Of a DNA stretch of 50,810 nucleotides, positions 1-10,915 are shown piece by piece. The notes under the pieces are model-generated. The model did not search any database, was not told the DNA's origin, and saw nothing but the letters and a program-made list of their open reading frames with translations. The position numbers were made by a program, and so were the translations under genes. Location of the stretch: NCBI RefSeq assembly GCF_001194135.2, contig NC_068981.1, positions 129,188,997-129,239,806 on the forward strand. The letters are read 5' to 3'. This DNA comes from Octopus bimaculoides (lineage: Eukaryota). The stretch's first letter is position 1; every line of letters starts with the position of its first letter.

Positions 1-100
1 TATATATATATATATATATGGTCTCTTACATAACTCACACACATATATATATATAGATATATATAAAGAAAAAGAAACACACACACACATACACACAAAT

Positions 101-305
101 ATGCTAGTGGCATGTAAAAAGCACCCAGCACACTGTAAAGGGGTTGGCATTAGGAAGGGATCCACCCATAGAAACCATGCCAAAAGACAGTTGGAGCCTG
201 GACAGCTCTCTGACTGACCAGCTCCTGTCAAACCATCCAACCCATGCCAGCATGGAAAACAGACATTAAACGATGAGGGTGATGGTGATGATAATGATGA
301 TGATG
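101..305 (+). mobile_element. RTE-clade LINE 3' tail fragment
   Basis: ggcatgtaaaaagcacc...ccaacccatgccagcatggaaaacagacattaaacgatga + (GAT)n. The same tail ends the RT-bearing RTE copy at 47380-48535. Confidence 0.7.
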
Positions 306-1099
306 GTATGTGTGTGTGTGTGTGTGTGCATGCATTCACCTACACATTCATACATAATACATACATAAGAGATTCCACCTAAGCCTTGTCTTGTAAATGA
401 AATTAGGTAGACAGAAACTGTGTGGAGGCCTCTGCCATGTCACACTGATTCTAACTGAGTATATTACATTAAGAACACAAGTATTTGTGGAATGCTCACC
501 TTCTTACATTATAAGCAACAAATGGGGAGTTTTATTGTTCAAACAACTAGAACATTGTATGTATGTGTTTATTACACAAACACACGTATACAGAATATCT
601 ATTATCAAAACAGGTCTCATTTTGTTCAGTGTTTTGTATGTCAAGGAAAGAAGTAGAACAGTAGAAATCATTAAAGATGTGTCTCTTGTAAAAGAAAACC
701 TGTTTTGTCATTAAACTGCTTTCTACTTAAAATATTTCTCTATTTGAAACAGATATGGCTATCTTGTCAAATAGTCATTCTCCCTGTATATCAGAAATGT
801 AAATTGAAACAGGTTCACTAAAGTATTAATGACACCGACTGCTGGATACAAAAGCCATAATTAACAAGCTACAGAGAATCACAGCCATTTTATATTTAAG
901 AGGACCATTTTAGCTATGTTGCATATTAATGGCTATAACAATCCTTCTGCTTCTCCCTTTTCTCATTTTCCATTTGACCCTTGCAATGCTTACCATATTT
1001 CATAAATGTGTTATATTGCTGCCTATGTATTCAAGCTGATAAAATTACAATTTCTCTTTATATAATACAAACAAGTTTTTGCTCTTGTTGTTTAGTCCC

Positions 1100-1478
1100 A
1101 ATTCAGTCCTACTGCGTGGCATCTTAATCAAGTGTCTTCTATAGCGCTGGACTGACCAAAGGTATCTGAGTAGATTTGGTTGACAGAAACTGAAAAATGC
1201 CCATCATATGCATGTGTGTGTGTGTGTGTACATACAGGGGGTGGAGTACTGCCTCCTTGCCTTGACATCACAGGATAGTTGTAAACGAGTGTCATTGTGG
1301 TGTCCTTCATTTCCAATCGGCTTTAGAAACATGTTTGGTCATTGGGAAATGTCACCTTATTTGGAAATAGTTGAGAATTGGTGACAAAAAGGGCTTTCTG
1401 GCCTTAGAATCTATTTCAATAAATTCTGTCCAACCCAAGCAAATATAGAAAAGTGAAGGTTATGATGCTGATGATGAT
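1100..1478 (+). mobile_element. tRNA-derived SINE (5' truncated) with internal (TG)n and RTE-type tail
   Basis: cagtcctactgcgtggcatc...gaccaaagg...gacagaaactgaaa body shared with 3858, 13822 and 44338; ends ccaacccaagc...atgatgctgatgatg. Confidence 0.7.
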
Positions 1479-2164
1479 ACTTCTCCCCTACAAATTTGTA
1501 CTTTGTACTGATGTAAGAAATTATTATTATTCCTATTATAATACTCGACTTTTAAAGTTATAACAAGTATATTCTTCCAGTTAAAAAAGCAATATAATTC
1601 TGTACGTATCTCTCTTAACAACTACTCATTAATACCAACAAACTAGTTGATCTTATTTAACTACAACCCAACTTAATCAAATGGAATTGTCACATTGCCC
1701 AGAGACAGGTTGAAAATAAGTCACAAACAATTATTGTTTAGTTTGTGTTTGCTTTCTCCAATTAAGAGGGAAATGCCAATTAAATTAATTGAGAATATTT
1801 TGCACATGCCATTCAGTACATCATTCCCTAACTCATCTATATTCACACCATTGGTCCATTTGAGTTATTTTCCTTAGGTCTCTTTTATTTTTTTAAGGTT
1901 GCTTTACAGTATGAGGGAGTTTTCTTTCCATTGGGTAATTTATTTTTATGTTTGATTATTCTCTTATACTCTTTAGGATAAGTTTCTTTACTGTTATTTA
2001 ATTTTTTGAAGAACTACATTTATTTGCATATAATATACACACCTTTATTTATGGACTTTGAAATCCTGGAAAAAATATTGCTCATTTATAATCTTCTATA
2101 GTGTTAAGAGATATAAAAACAGAAGTATATATTGTAATTGGTGTTTAAAATGCATTGCAAAAGT

Positions 2165-2375
2165 TCATCATCATTGTCACCATTTAACATTCATGTTCTA
2201 TACTAGCATGGTGGGTTGGACATTTTGGCATGATCTTATGACTCCAAGGACTGCATTGTGCTCCAGTGTCTGCTTTGACATAGTTTCTATAACTGGATGC
2301 CCTTCCTAATGCCAATCACTTAACAATATGTACTGGGTGCTTTTTACCTTCCACCAGCACTAGTGAGGTCACCAT
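2165..2375 (-). mobile_element. RTE-type 3' tail fragment
   Basis: Reverse complement of the tail motif (ctagcatggtgggttgga...ctggatgcccttcctaatgccaa...gggtgcttttta). Confidence 0.65.
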
Positions 2376-2399
2376 ACAGCTTATAATTCCATGAACCCT

Positions 2400-3070
2400 G
2401 AGAAAGGGTGGTAGTTTATGCTACAATGGGGAGCAGAACAGGTTTTTTTTCCTATATACAAGGCTATTCAGGCTTTGAAGAGAGGGTGAGAATGAACTAT
2501 TGGAGCTGGAAAGAGATAAAATAACAATGATAAGGTATCCAGGTGGTCCCTCAAAGAGTGAGGTGAGTGAAAAAAAGTGGAAACAGAAGAACTAGAAGTG
2601 TGGGCAGCTGGGGGGGTTGCAAGCATATATGGGAGAGCAAGCGAAGATGGGAATTGGTGAGGGGAGAGGAGGTGGGCAACACCTGTAGAAATTGGGCAGG
2701 GTTGGAGGTAGATGTAGTGAATGGTGGATAATGGGTGGGGGATGACCAGTGATGCATGAATTTTAGGAAGTAAGGAGATGCAAAAGAAAGTTGGGGAACA
2801 GAGTAGGATAGTAATGGTAATACAGTAGACAGAGGGAGGATGAGTGAGAGCAATGATATATGATTGGACAGGTTGCAGAAATAGGGGAGAGAGAAAGAGG
2901 TATAGTGCAAGAGGAGAGTGAGAGACATATTGATAGCAAAGGAGGAAAGATAATTTGATGGTCCAATAGGAGGAGTGTGAGTGAAGAAGACAGTATTAAT
3001 GAATGAAGAATGGATAACAAGTGAAATGGTTCCCAATTTTAAGAGAAATAAGTGGTATCAAGTGAGAGCT
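2400..3070 (-). mobile_element. Possible Penelope-like element 3' remnant (GIY-YIG C-terminus, pyrimidine-rich tail)
   Basis: Minus-strand peptide YHLFLLKLGTISLVIHSSFI resembles the recalled PLE endonuclease C-terminal motif (LIFxLGTLxPxGLN...FSF). It is followed by about 500 nt of pyrimidine-rich sequence and a decayed hammerhead-like motif near 2435-2475. Confidence 0.4.
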
Positions 3071-3074
3071 GCAG

Positions 3075-3790
3075 TGACAGGGATAATGGCTGCTTGGGAA
3101 GTTACTTGAGGAGGAGACTAGGTGAAGGGCCCATTTGTGCATTACACATACACAGCGCTTCCAGAACTCAGTTTCATCCAAGTGGGCAGGACTTCTTAAG
3201 AATCATGCATTGCCAGTTATCCATGTCCTTTGTCATCTCCTCCATGAGACTCAGGCTCTTAAGGTCAGCCTTCGCCGTTTCATCCCATGCCTTCCTCAGT
3301 GTCCGTCTTCCACAAGCTCCACCCACAGTAAATGATTGACACATCTTTATGCAGCTGTCCTCATCTATATGCATCACACGTCTATACTAATGCAATCTTC
3401 TTTCTTGCGCACTATATCTGAAACCTGTTTCGATACCTCTTATACACAGTTTTTGTCTCAGCTCATTTGTTTGTTTTTCATTTGTTTGTTTTTCATTTCT
3501 TTCCAGTCTTCTCAAGTCCTCAGTATTCAAGGCCCATGTCTCACTATTACACAGCATTGTAGTTCTAGCATAAACATCATACAATCTGCCCTTTACTGTA
3601 AGGGGAAAAAAATATTTGTTGTTAACAGCAGTAGTAGCTTCCTGAACTTTCTCCAACCTGTTCTTTCTCTGGCATTATACTTTCAGAGCAAACACCTCTT
3701 TCGATAATTACATCTCCTAGGTAACAAAAGCTATCAACTACTTCTAGTGAGTCCTCCAGGCAAGTCTGTGATTCCACTATATCTCGTGTA
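3075..3790 (-). mobile_element. RTE-clade LINE reverse transcriptase C-terminal remnant
   Basis: ORFs 3387-3656 and 3174-3377: KGRLYDVYARTTMLCNSETWAL...GRRTLRKAWDETAKADLK; same family as 47575-47790. Confidence 0.85.
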
Positions 3791-3857
3791 TCCATAGCTT
3801 ACTTTGAATACAGCATATGGAATCTTTGCCCACTCATTTTCTGCATATTGAGCAAGG

Positions 3858-4242
3858 CACTGGTGTGGCTATGTGGTAAGAAGCTTTCTTCCCAACCACA
3901 TGATTCTGTGTTCAGTCCCACTGTGTGGCATTTTGGGCAAGTGTCTTTTACTGTAGCCTCAGGCTGACCAAAGTCTTGTGAGTGGATTTGGTAGACAGAA
4001 ACTGAAAGAAGCCCCATCGTGTGTGTGTGTGTGTGGCTTTGTTTGTCCCCCATCACTACTTAACAACCAATGTTGGTATGTTTATGATCCCATAACTTGG
4101 TGGTTCAGCAAGAGACCATAGAATAAGTACCAGGCTTTAAAAAAAGATCATAAGTACTGAGGTTAATACATTCAACTAAAAATCCTTCACGGCAGTGCCC
4201 CAGCATGGCCCCAGTCTCATGGCTGAAACAAGTAAAAGATAA
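3858..4242 (+). mobile_element. Full-length tRNA-derived SINE with internal (TG)n
   Basis: tRNA-like head gtggctatgtggtaagaagc...gttcagtcccactg, body ggctgaccaaagtcttgtgagtggatttggtagacagaaactgaaagaagcc, tail ...cagcatggcc...gaaacaagtaaaagataa. Confidence 0.8.
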
Positions 4243-4384
4243 ACGACCATTTCCCACCTTTGGGTTTTAATGGTGTTGATTGTAAAAGTATACCTGTTGT
4301 ACAGTCAATTGTGTAAACAAAAATACAGTCACACCTGCACCTATAACACATTTGAAAATTGGGAAAAATACTTCCACCAAAATA

Positions 4385-4885
4385 TTGGGTCATCCCATAA
4401 ATAATACAGTTTTTTCAATTGCATGAACTAAAATTCAGAGTGGGACAAGATAAACTACCTGCATCAACTTGCTATAAAAGCAGGTAGTAATTTTACCTTG
4501 TCCTTATTCTTAGTGCAAGTTTTGAAGAGTGCAGTTCAGTTTTAACAGTTATTTTTTCAAAGCTATTATGGAAGTGACAAAGAAGCATATTTGGCATATT
4601 TTGCTTTATGAATTCAATAAAGGCAACAATGCAACAGAAAGTGCGAAGAATATTAATGCAGTATATGGGGATCGGAAAATAAGCATAAGCCAGTGTCAAC
4701 GGTGGTTCCAGAAAGTCCAAGCTGGAAACTACAGCCTAGAAGACGAGCCTTGTCCTGAAAGATCTGCAGAGCTCAATGAGGACGTACTGCAAACTCTGGT
4801 GGAACAAAATCCTATCGTAACTGGTGAGGAATTAGCAGAGAAGCTTGGACTTGGTCATTCAACTATTCATTGACACCTGCACTAA
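4385..4885 (+). mobile_element. Mariner transposon 5' half (TIR plus HTH region of transposase)
   Basis: TA at 4383-4384 then TIR-like ttgggtcatcccataaataat. ORF 4529-4873 KKHIWHILLYEFNKGNNATESAKNINAVYG...QRWFQKVQAGNYSLEDEP is a mariner N-terminal HTH. Confidence 0.85.
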
Positions 4886-4894
4886 AACAAAACG

Positions 4895-5038
4895 TGTTCT
4901 TCCATCAGTGATATGGTTGTTTATTTTTAGAATGACATTGTAAGATAGGTGTGAGAAGTCAAATTTGCCCAGTTTGCACCTAAAACAGGTGGAATATTTT
5001 GGGGGTGGATAAGGCCAGTTTAAATGCTAAGGGGTTAG
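4895..5038. mobile_element. piggyBac-like MITE, partial
   Basis: Ends aaatgctaaggggtta, the terminus shared with 19882-20162, 24400-24567 and 44076-44296. Confidence 0.55.
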
Positions 5039-5548
5039 TAAATGTTTTTTTTTGCTAACAAGTGACTTCAAGCCAGTCTTTCTTTGTCCAACTTTTTGTA
5101 ATCTCAGCAAAAGTCTAGATGATTCTGTCGGTTCTTCTGTTTTGGCTTTTTTTTTTTTTTTTGTCACTGAATGTATTTCAACTAGATTACAGTCTTTCTG
5201 TAATTAATGCATTATTAACTAAATACTTCAATTTATATTGCTTGTAGCTGTGTTTTTATGACACTGCAATAAATAGAGATGCAACACAAGGCTAATCATA
5301 TAAAAGTACAACCAAAACAATGCTTCCTGGGACCATATTTGCAGATACATTTAGCTGATTTGCTATTATCTTGAGCATGTGTCCATTATCAATGTACAGC
5401 AACAATTTACAATTTAAGCCTTTTTTTTTTCAGATGACTGTTCCATACGTTGACATATTTCATCATTCATGTATAATACATAAGATAAATTAACTTTGTT
5501 GTTGCTTGCAAATTATTAGATAATTAGATTTTATACAAAATATATATT

Positions 5549-5758
5549 GGTTTCAAATTATGGCACAAAGCCAGCAATTTGGGGGAAAGGATAAATCAGT
5601 TACATCAACCCCATTACTCAACTGCTACTTATTATATTGAACACAAAAGGATGAAAGGCATTTGAACCTCAGCGGCATTTGAATTCAGAACATAAAGGTG
5701 GATAAAATGCCACTAAGCATTTTACCTGGTGTGTTAACAATTCTGCCAGTTTGCCACC
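5549..5758 (-). mobile_element. tRNA-derived SINE with Nin/Deu-like central domain
   Basis: Reverse complement of the family seen at 45312-45515. Confidence 0.65.
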
Positions 5759-6379
5759 TTGGGTTTTATACAAAATATATATTAACAACAGAAGCAGTAT
5801 TAATACCAAATGGCAGTCTTTATATCCTACAAAATGTGGATATATTATGAGAACACCAGTTGCTGTGGTATGTGCCTTGAGAGATCTTCTCATATAGACA
5901 TATGGTGTTAAGAGTGCAGTATTGTAGCAGATGAGAACCATCTGGTATGGGCCCCAAAACAGTCAGATCACATGATTTCAGTGTACTGCACTTCCTCAGT
6001 GGCAGGTGTCCAGTCCCACATACCAGTGAAATCTTACAGCAAATGATATGTAGAATAACAGTGACCTTTCAGTCGCTGATGTTGCAAATAACCAGCAGGC
6101 TTATTAAAAAATGAATATTAGTAATGGAAGCAATTTATATAGTGAATGGCAATCTCTATATCCTACTAAATATGGATATATAAAACACCAAATATTGCAG
6201 TATTCACCTTGATAGGTCCTCTCATATAGATATATGGTACTAAGAACACTGATATATATTGTAACATGCCATTAGCATTCATTTCTATATCAAAATATAT
6301 TTAGGAAAATATTAAATTTGACCAGGACTATGCATATGTACACACACACACACACACATGAGAATGATCATTGGCTGTT

Positions 6380-7030
6380 GGTAATCACTTCTGTCAACAA
6401 TCTCTTGCTAATCCAGTTGCTACAGGTTTTCCATGCCAAAAACAATACATTCAGCTTCCAGTAGCTAGTTCCATGTCACTGCATCCTATCTAGGTTAACT
6501 GTGCTGATCACAATCTTGTGGTCTGTGTAATCTACCAACCAAAACTTACAATACTCTATCTAGATATGATTTGGATCACCCTGTACAGTTTGCCTATGTC
6601 CACTTTGGCATCTTTCAAGAAATCCAATTGTTACCTGACAGATATTTAGAACTTCTTGAGTAGGTTTGTGAAGTTTTTACATTCACTTTTCCATTGGATA
6701 TCTCTACACAATCTCAGCATGAATCTAAAATGCTATTCCATTCTCCATCAAGCACTAATAAATGGAACATTCCTAAAAAGACCCTAGATGCCTGGAAGTC
6801 ATCATTTGGGGCATAAATAACCACCAATTCATCACTGGTGTTCACATTCAGAACCACTAACTTGCCATTTGGATCCAGGAAGATTGTTTTTACCTTGAGA
6901 CTGAGATCTTCCCCAAACATCATCCCTCTTGATTTGAACTAGCTAAAAAATGCATACACCTTGTAGCTGTTGAGAAAGGGCATGAGTAACTGCATGCAGG
7001 AAATCCTGAGCTTGCTGATGACATTACATC
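6380..7030 (-). mobile_element. L1/Tx1-type LINE endonuclease remnant
   Basis: ORF 6714-6923: DPNGKLVVLNV...LVVIYAPND...LVLDGEWNSILD, an APE endonuclease with YAP and degenerate GDxN motifs; frameshifted on both sides. Confidence 0.65.
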
Positions 7031-7200
7031 TAAATCCACTGTTTTTCAGCAAACAAAACTAATATGATATTGTATTAGTAATTTCATATTATATCTTACT
7101 GTTCAACATGAAATGAACATCTATCAAGCTTAGGATAAAGTACATATGAAAACAGAAAATTATCTTGAGTAAGTACTGAATTGTTTTAGTTAGAATTAAA

Positions 7201-7221
7201 TACTGTTTATTTCAGGTAAGT
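7201..7221 (+). promoter_or_regulatory. Juxtaposed 3' and 5' splice-site motif (recursive-splice-like)
   Basis: tactgtttatttcag|gtaagt in the intron upstream of exon A. Confidence 0.4.
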
Positions 7222-8320
7222 TGGGAGAATAAAACTATTCTAAGTTAAATAAACAATGGCCAGGAAAATACTTTGACTGGATTTCTAAATATAGTCTTAA
7301 TCACTGATGCAATTAACTTTGATTGGTATGTCAACAAAGTAGTGTAAGTAAATTATGTGAGTCCAGAGACTGAAAGTAACAATTCAATTGCCAGTGGAGC
7401 TCTTAATGTGCTCTTTTTAGTTTGTCAAGTGCAACTGATAAATGAAGAAAACCATATTGCTATATCGCTTAGTCTAAGCATTAAAGTTTATGAGAGTGAG
7501 TAGAACTGTAATTTTTTATTGAAAATAAAACTTTAAAAATGTATCAGTTAATAAACCACATTTATTTAGAAGCTGGATAGGATTTCAAAAACAAAAAAAT
7601 GTGTTCTGCTCCTTATATTTTCACTTTGAAAGCTTAATGGCATCTAGTTTACCTGTTTTAGATTTTAGTCTTTCATTTAGCAGACCTCAAAAAAGAAATG
7701 CAATGAATTGAAAAAAAATTTGCTATGTCACATCTAACCAGAATCGTCTTTTGAATAAATTAGTATCGTATTCATTTGGAAATGTCTGTCACATTTGATT
7801 AATTTTGTTTTTGAATGTGGAATAGCCTTCCCTTCTATCAAACTGACATGAATAGAATAATAAAATGGTGATGAATTTTGGTTTTATTTATCTAAGAAAA
7901 ATGAAGTAAGTCAAATAGTCTGGCTTGAAGTTTATTACAAAAATGTTTCTATAGGAAAATGACATGAATCATGACACATTTGCTATTTAATAAGTAGCAG
8001 TTCTTCATCCAAGCTTGTGTGGTGAGCTTAGATGTATGGCATAGCCAACAGTAAGTTTACAGCAAATGAAATCTACTGCCTGCTTTTTGCTATTGATTGG
8101 AATGTCTTTCTTTACAGCTTTGATGATTTTGCTGTATTTTACAAATTTTCCCTAATTTTAAAGTAAGACAGCCATTTAGAAAAAAATCAATTATATTCTT
8201 TGGTTCTTAAGAAGCTTTATAGATTTAACTGATTATTCATAAAATGTGGAATTGCTAATAAAAATTTTAACTAATTTTTCTCTTCATTATTAATCATTGT
8301 CCTTAAATTGTTCTAGATTG

Positions 8321-8321
<1 letters not shown>

Positions 8322-8365
<44 letters not shown>

Positions 8366-8480
8366 GGGTAAAAAGTTTGCTTCCCAGCCACATTCAGGTT
8401 TAGTCTTATTGTGTGGCACCTTGGACAATTGACTTTTATTGCAGCCTTGGGCTGACCAAAGCCTTGTGAGTGAAATGGTA
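8322..8480 (+). mobile_element. (GT)n/(GA)n microsatellite followed by partial tRNA-SINE
   Basis: (gt)n(ga)n then aagtttgcttcccagccac...ggctgaccaaagccttgtgagtg. Confidence 0.65.
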
Positions 8481-9033
8481 ACAATTTGGGATAAAAGGAT
8501 TAATGGGCCTAAAATCAAATTGAAAACCAAAGAATTAAGCCAATAATGGAGTTAAAGGGCAAGTGATTTAAGAAAGGAAATCATAGTCCAATAACAATAA
8601 TATTTGAACTAGTATGAAAAGGTACTATGTTACAATAAAAATATTACAATTTAAAAGATCCAGTAAAAGAATTTCCAATAAAAATTAAAGTGAGTAGTAA
8701 TTAATCAAGGTCCAACATCAATTATTCCTTAATAACCATTACTTTAGGGGAAAAGTAGACAAAATAACTGTGAACATGCAGAGATGGTAGATGAATATAA
8801 TTCCCCTGCCTGCTACCCCCCACATCAATTCTAAGGTTATTGGAATTTTACCAAAGACTTACTTATTTGTGTGAGGAACTTAATGATTCATTAGGCTTGT
8901 TTATTAGACTATGTTTCTGCTGTAGGGTCTCTAATGCTGCTAATGAACAAAAATTGCACTCACTTCCACCACCCTTGTTTGGAAAAGCTGTTGTAACAAC
9001 TCCTTTGGATACCTCATAGTCTATTTTTTTTAT

Positions 9034-9064
<31 letters not shown>

Positions 9065-9171
9065 GTGAGTATGTGCATGCATATATTTATATATATGCAT
9101 GTGTTATATGTGTATATATGTGCCTATATGTGTATGTGTGTATATTATAATATATATTATGTTTTATGCAG

Positions 9172-9331
9172 GAACTGGAGTTAATAGAAGATAACTGGCA
9201 AGAAGAAGTAAAAGACTTACTAAAAAGTATAGATCACCTCCAACGTGAAAATAAACAGTATCATAATTTAAGAGAAACATTGAAAGAACAGCAGAAGTTG
9301 GCCGTAGCAGAGGCTCTGGCAGCATCCAAAA
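9172..9331 (+). CDS. RILPL1: RILP-like protein (RILPL1 homolog), internal coding exon A, phase 0 to phase 1
   Basis: Acceptor ttttatgcag|GAA at 9171/9172 and donor AAAA|gtaatt at 9331/9332; 160 nt. Peptide ELELIEDNWQEEVKDLLKSIDHLQRENKQY matches recalled human RILPL1 ELELVEDVWRGEAQDLLSQIAQLQEENKQL (end of RH1 region). The symbol denotes family homology; orthology versus RILP/RILPL2 was not tested. Confidence 0.9.
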
Positions 9332-9559
9332 GTAATTTTAATATTTCTCCCTTGTTCCATTTTCTCTTTTCTTTTTTTTCTTACTCTTTTTGTTGTCTTT
9401 TTTTTTCTGTCTTGATGTATTTGTTAGCTTTACATGTAAACATATGTTTTGCAATATATGTATGTGATCTCTTAATTAAAAGACATTATTGCTGTCTTTT
9501 TTAATATTATCATTTAACCAGTAGTTCTTTGCTCCTGAGAACTTCAGCAATAGCTTTGT

Positions 9560-10020
9560 CATTGCACTTGACATCAGCAATGATTGTCAACCGTTTTGCA
9601 TGAAAACCTCCTAATTAAGTTACTTTCTTGTACTCTTCATCTGTATATAATTTTTGCTTTTCTTTTTTAAACCCCAAGATACTTATCAGACCACAGTATT
9701 GCAGCATGTGCTGATAGAATCTCACTGTGGTCCTCAATCTATCATCTTTGATGTATCTCAAGGTTCAGTAATGTCCTCCACACACACTCTGCTGTCTGCA
9801 CATTAATGACTTGCTTGCTTTCACCTAAACAAGATAAACTCCTATACAGATAACATTCTTCACTTGTCCTTAACCTTCCACATGGAACCCAAACATCTCA
9901 TGCCAGACATTCACTGATTTTACAATCAAAGACATTAAGAACATCTTCATCTTTCAAAGGGAACATGACAGCCTAGTCTCTTTCAAAAGCACAGATGCAA
10001 TCACTGCTCTCGTTGTGACC
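9560..10020 (+). mobile_element. CR1/Jockey-group LINE RT remnant
   Basis: Frameshifted QGSVMSP...LHINDLL...SYTDN, corresponding to the RT QGSxLSP and YADD motifs. Confidence 0.55.
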
Positions 10021-10299
10021 TAAAATACATACTTTTGACAAAACTGTATTACAAAAACTGTAAACCTTTTCTGGGATCACAAAGTCAGCACTGATTTGAG
10101 GTGGTGTTAACCATGTACACAGTTCATTTGAGGGATCTTGTCTTGCAGGTTCTTGGTGACCTCACCAGTTTTGGTGCCATGAAAAAAAGGACCCAGTACA
10201 TTTCTGTGAAGCGGTTAGTATTAGGGATGGCATACTAAAGCAGATATTGCAGCTTGGTGCAGCCCTCTGGCTCATATGATCATGTCAAACCCCTCTTAG

Positions 10300-10640
10300 T
10301 TGATGAAGTATCATCAGCACAAGCTGAGTGTGACATTCCCCCAAGTTCTTGGAGTTTATTCCAGGTCATTCAAGTGGTATGAGGTCTTGCATTGTCTTTC
10401 TGCAGAAGATCTTGCTTTCTGTTTACCAATGCCACACAATGACATACATTTGCTCCAGAGGTTTGGAGTACAGATTAGCATTGATGGTTCAGAGTACAGA
10501 TTGAGATTGATGGTTGGCATCACTGAATTATCTCCTAATAATTCCAACAGACACGGAGCATCACCTTGCCTTCAAAACACCCATGTTTGACAACAGGTTC
10601 TGGAACTTGGCTCTTGCTTAACCACTGCTTGTGCACGTTA
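10300..10640 (-). mobile_element. RTE-clade LINE RT C-terminal remnant
   Basis: Degenerate minus-strand peptide ...MLICTPNLWSKCM...RSSAERQCKTSYHLNDLE, resembling the RTE C-terminus (LRWxGH...GRQxKRxKD). Confidence 0.5.
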
Positions 10641-10659
10641 GGATTGCAAAAAAAAATAT

Positions 10660-10913
10660 CCCTTACAGATTATTATTATTTGTTCCAATCCATGGCTCAC
10701 TTCCTGCACTCATGACACTTCGTCAACCAAGTGAAGGTAGAAGCTTCAGTGAAGGATTTCTTTGACCCAAAGGAAAAGAACTGGTATCAAGTATGGGATC
10801 AAAGAACTGGCAGAAAGGTGGCTTCAGATGGTGTAACACAATGGCCTCTACTTTGAACGTTTGGCTGCTTTTGTTGTAACTTGATGAATAAAGCAAATAA
10901 GTTATTAAAATAT
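10660..10913 (+). mobile_element. Older mariner, transposase C-terminal remnant; its 3' TIR resumes at 12204-12225
   Basis: Frameshifted DYYLFQSMAHFL...VEASVKDFFDPKEKNWYQ..GIKELAERWLQMV.HNGLYFE; the TIR-like aaacttttgactcaacgcaa+TA lies beyond the inserted element. Confidence 0.7.
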
Positions 10914-10915
10914 TA

